Positions 53,001-64,000 of a stretch of DNA of 64,000 bases are shown here, piece by piece. The translations under genes were made by a program, and so were the position numbers. The notes beneath the pieces were generated by a model. It had not been told where the DNA came from. It saw only the letters and a program-made list of their open reading frames with translations, and made no database searches. How positions within the stretch are numbered: the first letter of the stretch is position 1; every line of letters begins with the position of its first letter. Location of the stretch: positions 1,550,001 to 1,614,000 of the forward strand of contig OZ176056.1 of assembly GCA_964247055.1 (NCBI GenBank). The letters are read 5' to 3'. Source of the stretch: Paragordius varius (taxonomy: Eukaryota > Animalia > Nematomorpha).

Positions 53001-56000
53001 AGTATAAATAACCATTATAAATGTTATTTATTAACATATATAAGTTTAAGAATACTGCCTTAAAAAAAGTCTGAGAGCGAAACAAAACGAAAACCTCAAA
53101 ATTTATAGAAAATTTCAAAATTTATAAATAATAACCTTAAGAAATCTATATATAATTATAAAAACACCCTTATTTCTAAATTATTTCTATAAATCACAAT
53201 ACCCCCAAGCAAAAAAGTTATGGACCATCATTCGGAGTATAAAAAAACCATTATAAATGTTATTCTATTAACATATATAAGTTTTAAACCAAGTTAATAT
53301 ATACCTCTCCAGCGATAAAAAACTCAAAAATTTATAAAATAATAACCATAAGAAACCTATATATTTCAAAATTATTTCCATAAATTACAATAATACCCCC
53401 AAGCAAAAAAGTTATGGACCAACTCTCACGCGGTAAAAAAAGTCTAAGGCGAGAACCGGATGCCACGTATTCCACTATGCAGTTTTTAAAATGGCCAGCC
53501 CGGACAAGCAAGGGCCAATACTGTTTAGCGGATGTGCCTGAAACCTCAATTACCCGAAGGGGTGGAACCGAACCCAAACTGGAATGAACGCCTAGACCTA
53601 ATTTAGCTGCCCGAGATTCGGCACTCAGTAATTCCTCATAAACGGGTGAACGGTTTTGTTGAGGTGATTGAAGTGATGATAATTGACCGTTTTCTAAGGA
53701 AATTTAGCAAAAAAAATTGCAATTTTTACATTATTTAGAGAAAGAAAAATGAAAATTGTAAAAAAAGGATTTTTTTGATATTGAAAAAAAAGGAAATATT
53801 TTTTTGGTATTTAAAAAAGGGAATAATTAATAGTTAAAATTGATATTATACAGAAGACAAAAAGTGATAAAAATAAAGACAAATATTATTTTATTCAAAA
53901 AAAATTGTAATTACATCATTTATAAAAAGGTAAAAAAAGTTGTAAAAATATTTTTTTGAATATTTTATAGTACAAATTGCATTTATGCAGACAAAAAGCG
54001 AAAAAATATAATTAATATAAAAAATAATTGTATTCTTAATATTCAATAAAATGAGCTTATAAGTTGGGAATAATTCTGTGTTTTAAAGTGAATGTTGTAA
54101 TTTTTACATTATTTAGAGAAAGAAAAATGAAAATTTGAAAAAAAGGATTTTTTTGATATTGAAAAAAAAGGAAATATTTATAGCTATAATTGTGGTTTTT
54201 CAAATTTTGTTTTAATTAAATCTTATTATATTATTTTCTTTTGTTTTGTTTTAGTTAATAATCCATTGGAAAAGATACATACTCCCATGTATCGAAAATT
54301 TTGTTTTAATATAGTTTGAATTTAATAAATTTTACAAGAATACAAATTATTATTTTAACATAAAATATTCGTTCTCGTTGACAATATTAAAAAAATGAAA
54401 TTAAAAATGTAATTTTTACATTATTAAAAAGGATGATAAAATTAAGGGAAATTTTTTTGGCATTGAAAAAAAGAGAATATTTTTTTTAGGTATTGAAAAA
54501 AAGGGAATAATTTATAGTAAAAATTGATAATGTACAGACAAAAAGTGATAAAATATCAAGACAAATATTATTTTTTTCAAAAAACGTCTTTGTTGAGTTT
54601 GAGTTTAAGATAATTAAGAATTTTCTAGAAAAAGTAAGCGAAATGCAAAAATATGTAATTTTTGTTAAAAACACTCGAAGATCCATGATTGAAAAATATA
54701 AAACAAAAACAAATATCTAATTATTTGTTGAGTTTGAAATGAGATTTAAGTTTTTAGAAAAATGTAAATTGAAATTTTTTTGATTTTAACTAAAAAATTC
54801 TAGAAAACCCTAAAACGCTTAACAAAAAGTTGAAATTCAGGCAAAATAACGTATTTTTTAGTCAAATTTTTTCCTTATTTGACAACCTAAAAATATATAT
54901 ATATAAACAATATAGTTGTATTTAATTATAAAAAGAATAATATGCTTTTTTTATATTTTTTTTATAAAAAATTTTAAAAACATTGAAATAAATAATAAAC
55001 TCAAGAGTCTATAAGTAATCCTGGCAGTTTTATTACCCAAAAATAAATTTTAATAATTATAAATTATTTTTTATTTAAATTTTACAAAAAAACAAAAAAT
55101 AAAAATAATTATAAACCATTATTGGCATTTGCATTAAGGCGATTGGAATAACGTATAACTGTGGCGAAACCCTTGGCTACGAGAGCTCCTGCAACGTTTC
55201 TATAAATAAAATATTTTGAAAAAAAAAATAATTCAATTAAATTTTATTTGAAATTAAATTATATATATTTTTATATAAAATAAAGTTTAATTTGTTAAAA
55301 TACATTTCTAAACAAGTTTTCGCGATATTAACAAATAAAATGATAATTTATTATTTTTGTTAAATACTGAAAAATTTAATTTTAATTATATAAAACCAAT
55401 ATTTAATAAACTGATAAAAAATAAATTTTACTAATTGGAATATAAATTTTATCGAAATATTAAAAAATATAACATAAAATTTTCTGAATAATTTAATTCT
55501 ATAAAACGAAATCTTTTATCATATATTTTTTAAATCCAAAAATTTATAAAAAATTTTGTAAAAAGCACGAAATATTATATAGTTATTAAAAGGCAAATAT
55601 AAATTTAGATGATTTCAAATAATTAAATTAGATTTAGAAAATATAATAAAAAAATATTTTCAAAACAATGCAAAAAATATAAAAATTAATTGATAAAATA
55701 AAATAAAAAAATATTTTCAAAACACTGCAAAAAACACAAAAATTAATTGATAAAATAAATTAAAAAATAAATTATTTTCAGAAAAAATTAAAAAATTTAA
55801 ATAAATTAATTTCTAAAAACTTACACCCCACCAAACGTTACAGTACAGCATATCTTTTCTGGGAAACCCATACTAGCCGCTTGGATATAGTCGACATTTA
55901 TACTAACCTAAATATATATATATATATATAAATATTAATTATTTTTAAATAAATTTTTGAAAAAAAATATTACAAAAAAATAAAATTGTGTGAAAATTAA

Positions 56001-59000
56001 ATTTCTTTATTAAAAAAACTTATTAATTTGAAATAAATGATTTTTACCTGTTTATAATAATATTTTTGGATAAAAATTAATTATATTACGAAAAAAATTT
56101 TAATTTTACATTTTTATAAAAATAATATTTATATATCTTGTATAAAATCGATATATGTATACTTTATAAATTTATCAATCTAAAATATTATAAAAACATA
56201 TTCATATATATATATATAATTACAAATTAAATTTAAATTAAGCATTTATTTCTTAAATAAAATATCTTTTAAAAAATAAACCTAAAAATAAATTTATCAA
56301 AAAAAAAGATTTTTAATGTTTTCAAACTTTTTTTTTCACTCTACCTATAAACTATTTTTTCAAAAAAAAAGTTTTTGTTAAAGTTTTATAAACTTTTTTT
56401 CCAATCAATTTTTTGCGCAAAAATTCGCGGGCCTCAAACAAATGTGGGATGTCATACAGGGGTTTTTTGGGCCCTGTTGTGTTTTTAATTGCGCCACCTT
56501 TTTCGTTTAAATCAGCTGCTGCTGTATTTGCCGCATTATTTGAATCTGATCTATGAATTGACACAATATTGAATTAATAAATAATTGGTTAAATATTTGT
56601 TATAAAAACGGAAAAACTTAAAAAAATATGTATCTTGACGTATTTAAGCATTAGAATCACATCTATGTATTTTTTAAAATATTTAATAATAAAATAAGAA
56701 TAATTATGATTAATTTTATGATAAAAATTTGTTATATAAAGCATTGTTTTGAAATCTATTAAAAAGTGTATATTTTAAAATAGATGTACATTTTATAAGC
56801 GTAGGTTAAAAAAGCAAGCCATATAAATCTATTTTAAATTAAATACAAAATAAATTAAAATATACTCCTTTTCCATAAAATTTATAATGAAAAAACGAAA
56901 TTAAAAAAAATTTAAAATTAAATAAAAAAATTTGATATATACTTTGGCCCACGGATACTAGATAACCAGATTTTCTTGATTTCGCCCGTGTTTTGTATTT
57001 TAACCATCATACATTCGGCATTTACAATTTCAACCACCTAAAATACAAGTAATATAAAAGTTTATAAAGACAAAATGAAATGTAAAAATCAAAAGACAAA
57101 ACGAAATGTAAAAATTAAAAGACAAAATATATTTTTTGATTTGAAAAAATAAAAAAACCATAATTTTTAAACATTGATTTTTTCTCATATAAACCATATA
57201 AAATTATATTACATTTTAATATATAATTGAGTATGTATGTTACCCAATTTACATCTACCTATACTTAACAATGAGTTATTTATAATAAAAAAAATTAAGT
57301 TTGAAAATCAGACATGAAATATTTGTCCTTAGGTATTTACATTTCGTCTTAATTTTAATTTTTACTGTAAAGGATCAAATTTAAAAATAGTTTGCCTATA
57401 TTTAATAAAAGGAAATTTGGATAAATATAAAACTAATATTTAGGTAAATTTAAATCAATTTTCTTTGAAATAGCGTATTATACCAGAATAATCTAAAAAT
57501 TAATAAATTTTAAAAATAGAAAACTTACAAAAAATAGCTTTTAACAATTAATATATAAAATTTTAGGATATCGATCAACAAATGATTTATATAATGTAAA
57601 TTATACATATTAAAAAAAATTTTCAAAAGCATAGAGTACCGTAAAATTTTTCAACTTTTAAAAGAATAAAATAAAATTAAAGAAAATGATACATAATTCC
57701 CAGTTAAAGAAAATAAAACATATTCCCAGTCAAAAACATATTTTTAAAATTACTTTAATTTTTTGGGGAAAAAAAATCCAAAATATAAAAAATATATAAT
57801 TCAAGAAATCTACAAGAAATATCAAATAAAATTATAAAAAAAGTATTTTTCAAAAAAATTAAAAATTTACCTTAGCTATAACTGCTTTAGGGCCTGAGGC
57901 CTCTGAATTTTGGTTGGTTGAACCATTTTCAGAAATTCCATTTTCATTGCTTCCTGAGTTTGAGTTATTTGGCGCCACAAAATCTTTCCAAATGCGTAAA
58001 CGTTTATCACGTGCAATTCTTGATAATTTAAATTTTTTTTTAGGAAAAAAAATAAAATTTAAAATAAAATAATCATTTTGATAAAGAAATAATTGCAAAA
58101 AAATATTTAAAGATATTTTAAAGATAAAAAAGAATAGAAAAGTTATAAAAAATCGAAAAAAAAATTAAAAATTTGAAACAAATAATTAAAACTTTTTTTA
58201 TATTTAACTATATCTAAATTTTTAATATATATTAAAATAAAGAAATATTGCAAATTAAAACTCTCCAAAAATATAAAAAAAGAATTACCAAAAATAAAAT
58301 ATATTCAGTAATTTTTTAAATTTATAAATACAGAATTTTTTAAAACAGTTAAATTGGAAAAAATAAAAAATATCCATAAATACAAAGAACTTAAAAATTA
58401 AAAATTTTTTAAATAAAAATAATGATAAAATTATCTATTTTTTAAAAAAAATAAAATTTAAAAAAATATAAAGTACTTTTCAGCCGTTTTAAGTCTTGCG
58501 GAATTGTAACTCAAAGTTGATAAACTCCAATCCATGCATTTAGCAAAGCCTTCTTTCAACAAATATTCGGCAATATTTCCTTTCTGTAAATTTATTATTA
58601 TAAATTAAAATTAAATCAAAAAATATATTAAAATATTTATAATTCATTTGGAAAAATATCAATTAACATAAAAAATTTTAAACAAAGTCTAGTATTTTTA
58701 AAAAATAAAATTTTATAAGAAAAAAAACTTCCCACAAAAACTAGATTTTTAAAAAATCTCTAGGAATTATTTAAAAAATCAACACATTCCCAATGTTTTA
58801 AAATTTGGGATTTTGCAATTTTTTTAGTTAAATTTTGCTTTAATCAAAAATGTCACCACCGTACGTAGGTAGGACAATGCTTAAACCTTAATGGAGATTT
58901 AAAAAAGTAATCAAAATTTTTCCAAAAATAATTCTTATAAATCAAAAACCTTTTATAAGCCTAATCAAAAAATTTCTAAAATTTAAAATTCGAAACCCAA

Positions 59001-62000
59001 AAATTAATTCATTTTAAAAACAAATTTTCCCAACTATTTCTAAATATAAAAATTACAGGAGTGCCTAAGAAGGCATCATTCTTTGTTTCTTAAACCAATC
59101 AAATTATTTCAAAACAAATTTAAACCCAAAAATAAAATATTTCAGTTTCTAAAAAGTTTAAAAAGAAAGCGCATTTTAAAACCAAATTTTTCAAATTTTT
59201 AGCATTTTTTTATCGGTTTACTCATAAAAAAATGCTGATTATATATATATATATATATCTAAAATTTACAAACTGCATGTAAAACAGTCCCTAAGAAAGC
59301 GTTATTGGAAGTCCCCTCAAGTATAACATCCACATCAAGTTGAAAACTTAAAAAACTCAAGATCTTCCAAAAAAACCAAAATCCCTCTCAATATCAATAA
59401 TATTGCTTCAAAAATCAATTCAAGCCATATAAAAACCTATTTTTTAATAGAAACCAAAAATTTTATCAATTTTTCAAAAGCTCAACCCTTTATTTTTCAA
59501 ATTATGTATTTAAAAGAGACAAATTTCTTTAAAAAAAGAAAAATTTCTTTTAAAATGCTGATTATATATTCTAAAATTACGAACCGCATGTAAAACAGTT
59601 CCTAGGAAAGCATTATTAGAAGTCCCCTCAAGTATGACATCCACATCACGTTGAAAACTCAAAATTTTCAAAAAAATCTAAATCTCACTCATATTAAAAT
59701 ATATTGCATCAAAAATCAATTTAAAACATTCATAAAAACCCATATTTTAAAACTCACCCCTTTATTTTTCAAATTATTCATTTTCTTGTTAAAAAAACCC
59801 AAATTTTTAGCATTTTTATGATTCTAAAATTACGAACCGCATGTAAAACGGTGCCTAAGAAAGCATTGTTGGATGTCCCCTCAAGAATGACATCCACATC
59901 ACGTTGAAAGCTTATTAAAACTCAAAATTTTCAAAAAAACCAAAATCCCTCTCAATATCAATAATATTGCTTCAAAAATCACTTCAAGCCATATAAAAAC
60001 CCATTTACATAAAAAAACTCAAAATTTTCAAAAAAACCAAAATCTCACTGATATCAAGTGTATTGCTTCAAAAATCAATTTAAAACATTAATAAAAACCT
60101 ACATTTTTTAACAACATAAAAAACCAAATATTTTATCCTTTTTTTTAAACTCAACCCTTAATTTTTCAAATTTAATCATTTTCTTTTAGAAAAAGCAATT
60201 TTTTTAGCATTTTTAGATTCTAAATTTTCAAACCGCGTGTAAAACTGTCCCTAAGAAAGAGTTATTGGAAGTCCCCTCAAGAATGACATCCTCACGTTGA
60301 TTTGGCTTAAAAAACTTAAAATTTCCAAAAAAAACCTATAATAACCCATTTTTATAAAAGTTCAACCCTTTATCTTTCAAATTAATCACTTAAAAAGACA
60401 ATTTCTTTCTAAAAACCCAAATTTTTAGAATTTTTATAATTATAAAACTACAAACCGCATGTAATACAGTGCCTAGAAAAGCATTATTAGATGTTCCCTC
60501 AAGAATGACATCCACATCACGTTGAAGTAATCGTGATTCTGTGTAAAATTTGGCTTCATCGAAATACGCCTCTCCAGACTCTGTCCCACCATTGCCATCA
60601 GCTGTTTCCCGCCTCATAGATGAAGAAGATGTTGGACACTTTAAAAACAAAATATAAAAATGTGTTTTAAAAATATTTAAATTAAATTTTTTCGAGGTAA
60701 AAAAAATGTTAATAAATTTAATTTAAAAGCCTTTATTTAATTATAATGTGGTAAAGAATTCCAAAGCCAAAGCTTTATTATATTAATTATAAGATAATTA
60801 AATTCAGTATATTTACAAAATTATATCTATCTAAAAAAATTTGTAAAAAATTAGCATAATTTAAAAAGTAATAATACAGATGGTAATTATAACTTATCAA
60901 ACTTTTAAATAAAAATATAAAAATAAAACATTATTTCATTTTAAAAAAAATTTAAAATTAATCTTAAAATATTACTCTAATTCCACTAATCATAAGAGTT
61001 ATAGTTTCATAATTTGGCAATAAAATTATCCGTAGGGTGGAACCATCTCTCACGTGTTCGACAACACCTGATTGTAAAAAACAATCAATTTAATAAAAAT
61101 TAGAAAACTAAAAAAAATTGTTCAAAATATTACTTAATAAAACTACCAAGTTTTAAAAAATTTGCTAAAAAAAACTCCGAATATATATTTATAGTTTTCT
61201 GTATTTAAATGAAAGTACATGTTAATAATTTTGATTAAAAAAGGCAATTTTCTATTCAAAAATAAAACTTTAGTTAAAAATTAATTTTTGTCATTTTAAA
61301 AAGACAAAAATAATAATTATTTTTTGCTACCAAAAATAAACCTTGTAACACTTTGCCTTTAAAATTGTCCTAATTTAAAATAACATGTCAAGTAGTATGT
61401 TAAAAAAGTTTTTTGAATATTTTTTTAAAAAAACAATAAAAATGCAGATTTTTTCCAATTAAATTGACTATTTGAAAAAAAAACTTATAATTAACCTGTA
61501 AAATATCTAAAAGAGGATTTTGAAATATTTTTTAACAAATTATGGTTTTTATTAAAAAAATGTTTTTTATAGCAAATTATTGCGGTTCTCAACAATTTTG
61601 ATAAAAAAGTTAAAAAAAATGAACAAATATATTATTTTTCTTAAATATTATTTTTTAAAAATATTATTTTAAAAATAAAACCTTGCAAAACTTGTCCTTT
61701 GTGAGTGTCCAAAAAATGGCGTAAATCCGGAATGGCGTGAGTAATTTGGCGAACATGTGATTTCACGTTTTCCTTGGGGTTCCATTTGCCTCGACCAGCT
61801 GATTTTGCTTTCTCCTCGATTTCTAGGAGTCGGTTTAGTTCTCTAAAATTATTAGTTTTGTAGAATTAAAATTTTGGAATATTTTAAATAAAAAAATGAT
61901 AAAAATTATTAATTGATATTAATAAAATATGTTGAACGAAAATAAAAAAATATTTTGTCCATAATTGTAACGTATTTTCTCGAGAAAAAAATAAACTTCA

Positions 62001-63822
62001 CATAACATTGTTTATTGCAAAAGATTGGGATTAAGAGTGTGTATTTGGATTTAAAAAATTATATTGGGCAAATAAAAAATGCCAAATTATAAACTTTTAT
62101 TGAGGACTACTTTTTTGGGTAAAAAAAATATTTTTTTTCTTTAATAAAATACCAATTTAAGCTAAGGAAAGTATTATTAAACACTTTTTATTATCCGTTT
62201 TAAAATCTAACTAGGGTTTACCGGTTTAAAAACGTATCAGTAACCCATTTAAAAATTGTTTTAATATCAAAAAACTGAAGCATAATTAGGATTACCTCTT
62301 TATTGCCTTAATTAACCACCATCTATTTAATGTGAAAAGAAGACAAAAAACAATCGTGTACTCCTAAACTCGCAATTCCGCCTTTGCGGATATTAACTTA
62401 GCCTTTGCAAATCAAAGTTTTTGTATTTTTGCCAATATTTATTTGCCATATTAAAAATTTCTCTTTATAAACATCAATACCATCCTTAAGATAAGTTTAA
62501 TTTATAAGAAATTATTTTAAACTGACAACCAAAAACTTACTCATTAACACGCATTCTTTGCGGATATTAACTTAGCCTTTGCAAATCAAAGTTTTTGGAT
62601 TTTTGCCATTATTTGTCAGATAAACAAGCAATTCTTAAAATTTATCTTATTTAGTTAGATTTATAAGTTTATTTTAACCCAAAAAAACTTACTCATTAAC
62701 ACGCATTCCACCTTTGCGGACATCGACTAAGCCTTCACGAATTAGGGTTTCCGCAATATTTTCGGCATAAACATCTTTTCCAACATACACATTTCCATAT
62801 TCACGGCCAGTTGTGGGTACTTTGTAATCGATGGTGAAACACACTTCACGACCAATCAATCGACGTCTAAGGTACTCACGTGCTTCCCAAGCATATGGCT
62901 AAATGGAGCGTTTATAAAAAATGGCGTTTTTAAAGTTTTAATGTATAAGTTAAAGTAAATTATTCTAAAAAAACATATTTTATTTAAAGAAAACCATGTT
63001 TTATAAATAAACTATATGTTTTTTTAATTTTTTTGGTCAAAAAACGAAGCTATCGTTATAGATGTCAAAATAAGCAATAGAAATGTAAATAAGTAATTGC
63101 ATTAGATATGAGAATTGTACACAGACACACGTAAAGTTAAAAGATGATTTTTTAAAAAGGAAACTATACGGAATTCATTTGAGCAGCGGTACTCAAACCG
63201 CGGGCCTAAAAATAGCTTTTTTATGCCCCCAAATTAGTTATAAAATTTTATCGGAATTATATAATGCAACAAAATATATATTTTTTGCATCCGATTGAAT
63301 TTTTTTAGGGTATACCGGTTTATTGTGTTGAATTGATAAGAAATAGTGAATTAAATCAATAACGTACATAACTATATATCCAATTCATATGGGGTCAATC
63401 AAAGATCAAAAAATAGAATTTTCTTGATTCAACAAATGTTTTTATTCTTAACCTTTATAATATTGTATATTTATAATTTGAAGATGGTTTAACTAAAATA
63501 TATATGTTATGTATTGACCTATAAAAAACATCCGCCTAACTTTATAAATTTCATGCATAATTAAATATACTATAAATAAAAATATTTATGTAAACACCCA
63601 ATTAATCTATAAATCACAATTAAACTGAAAAAATGTAAACTTAAAAATATTAAAAAAAAAATTTTTTGGAGAATTTACTTCATCAGCTGTTGCATCTGCC
63701 ATAGGTGTCGGTCTCCTTCCCAAACGTGGCGCATTTATATTGGTTAAACAAAGTTGTCTTTCAGCTGGTGGGCCATCGGGTTTTGGGCAACCCCGTAAAA
63801 TTATTGCGTCTCCTGATAAAAC
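45183..63822 (-). CDS. SND1: Tudor staphylococcal nuclease (Tudor-SN/p100), 5'-partial, 23 exons in window
   Basis: Exons 63822-63679, 62898-62693, 61842-61682, 61067-60976, 60638-60456, 58583-58477, 58018-57871, 57037-56943, 56550-56394, 55907-55825, 55199-55117, 53693-53397, 51826-51711, 50597-50376, 49988-49945, 49245-49043, 48544-48415, 47890-47824, 47352-47245, 46605-46440, 45583-45501, 45380-45336 and ~45250-45183. Motifs [68 protein letters not shown], the Tudor cage WYRAKI..FYIDYGN and LWRYGDF..DDAFEFG. Phases agree at every junction except the last, which is 1 nt off. Confidence 0.97.
46916..47097. mobile_element. Short TA-flanked palindromic MITE in an SND1 intron
   Basis: GTATGCATTTTAATGGTTGCTTATTT...GGGCAATTTGTAACAC pairs with GTGTTACAAATTGCCC...AAATAAGCAACCATTAAAATGCATAC. 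The terminus is (C/T)AGT. Confidence 0.75.
47585..47739. repeat. Essentially exact 78-bp tandem duplication in an SND1 intron
   Basis: TATAATATTTATTTTGAG...AAAATAGGG begins at 47585 and again at 47663. Confidence 0.85.
59060..60524 (-). repeat. Tandem array of SND1 exon-tail plus donor units (1 functional, 4 full intronic copies, 1 remnant)
   Basis: [23 protein letters not shown]|GT is encoded at 60524-60456 (functional), 60299-60234, 59906-59838, 59653-59585 and 59342-59274, with a remnant at 59080-59060. The spacers are homologous intron sequence. Confidence 0.95.
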
Positions 63823-64000
63823 CTTTAAATAATGAAAATAAATTTAAAATACAATTTTTAATTTGGATTTAAATTACTTTTTAAGAAAGTTATGACATAA
63901 AAAGATATCTAATTAATATCAAAATAAATTTTTAAAAAATCAAAAGCAGAAAACTATATTGGCTAAAAAGTAAAATATTAAATTAGTTAATTATATGTGG

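Noticed and set aside
1-64000. Assignment to a specific taxon
   Set aside because: Protein motifs and intron positions indicate an animal, but AT content and micro-introns alone do not identify the lineage.

Overview
Very AT-rich eukaryotic DNA, evidently from an invertebrate animal (the species cannot be fixed from sequence alone). I rebuilt six spliced genes by hand using GT-AG boundaries and reading phase. (1) A GILT/IFI30-like gene (+, ~18.7-24.1 kb) that has lost its catalytic CxxC motif. (2-3) Two near-identical tandem copies of an unrecognised secreted Cys-rich gene (+, 30020-33138 and 34667-37782). (4) ENY2/Sus1 (+, 41848-42253). (5) ALKBH7 (-, 43006-43705). (6) Tudor-SN/SND1 (-, 45183 to beyond 63822; 23 exons in the window, first exon not located). 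The remainder is repeats: a ~500-bp satellite array ending in a Helitron-type 3' terminus (1.1-6.8 kb), a mosaic ~3.2-kb tandem array (7.1-18.6 kb), hAT-, piggyBac- and Tc1/mariner-type non-autonomous elements, and a 1.1-kb foldback palindrome. The most striking signal is inside an SND1 intron: four extra tandem copies of the last 23 codons of an exon plus its splice donor, differing from the functional exon almost only at synonymous sites. Also notable are 24-29-nt introns in ENY2 and ALKBH7 next to genes with kilobase introns.
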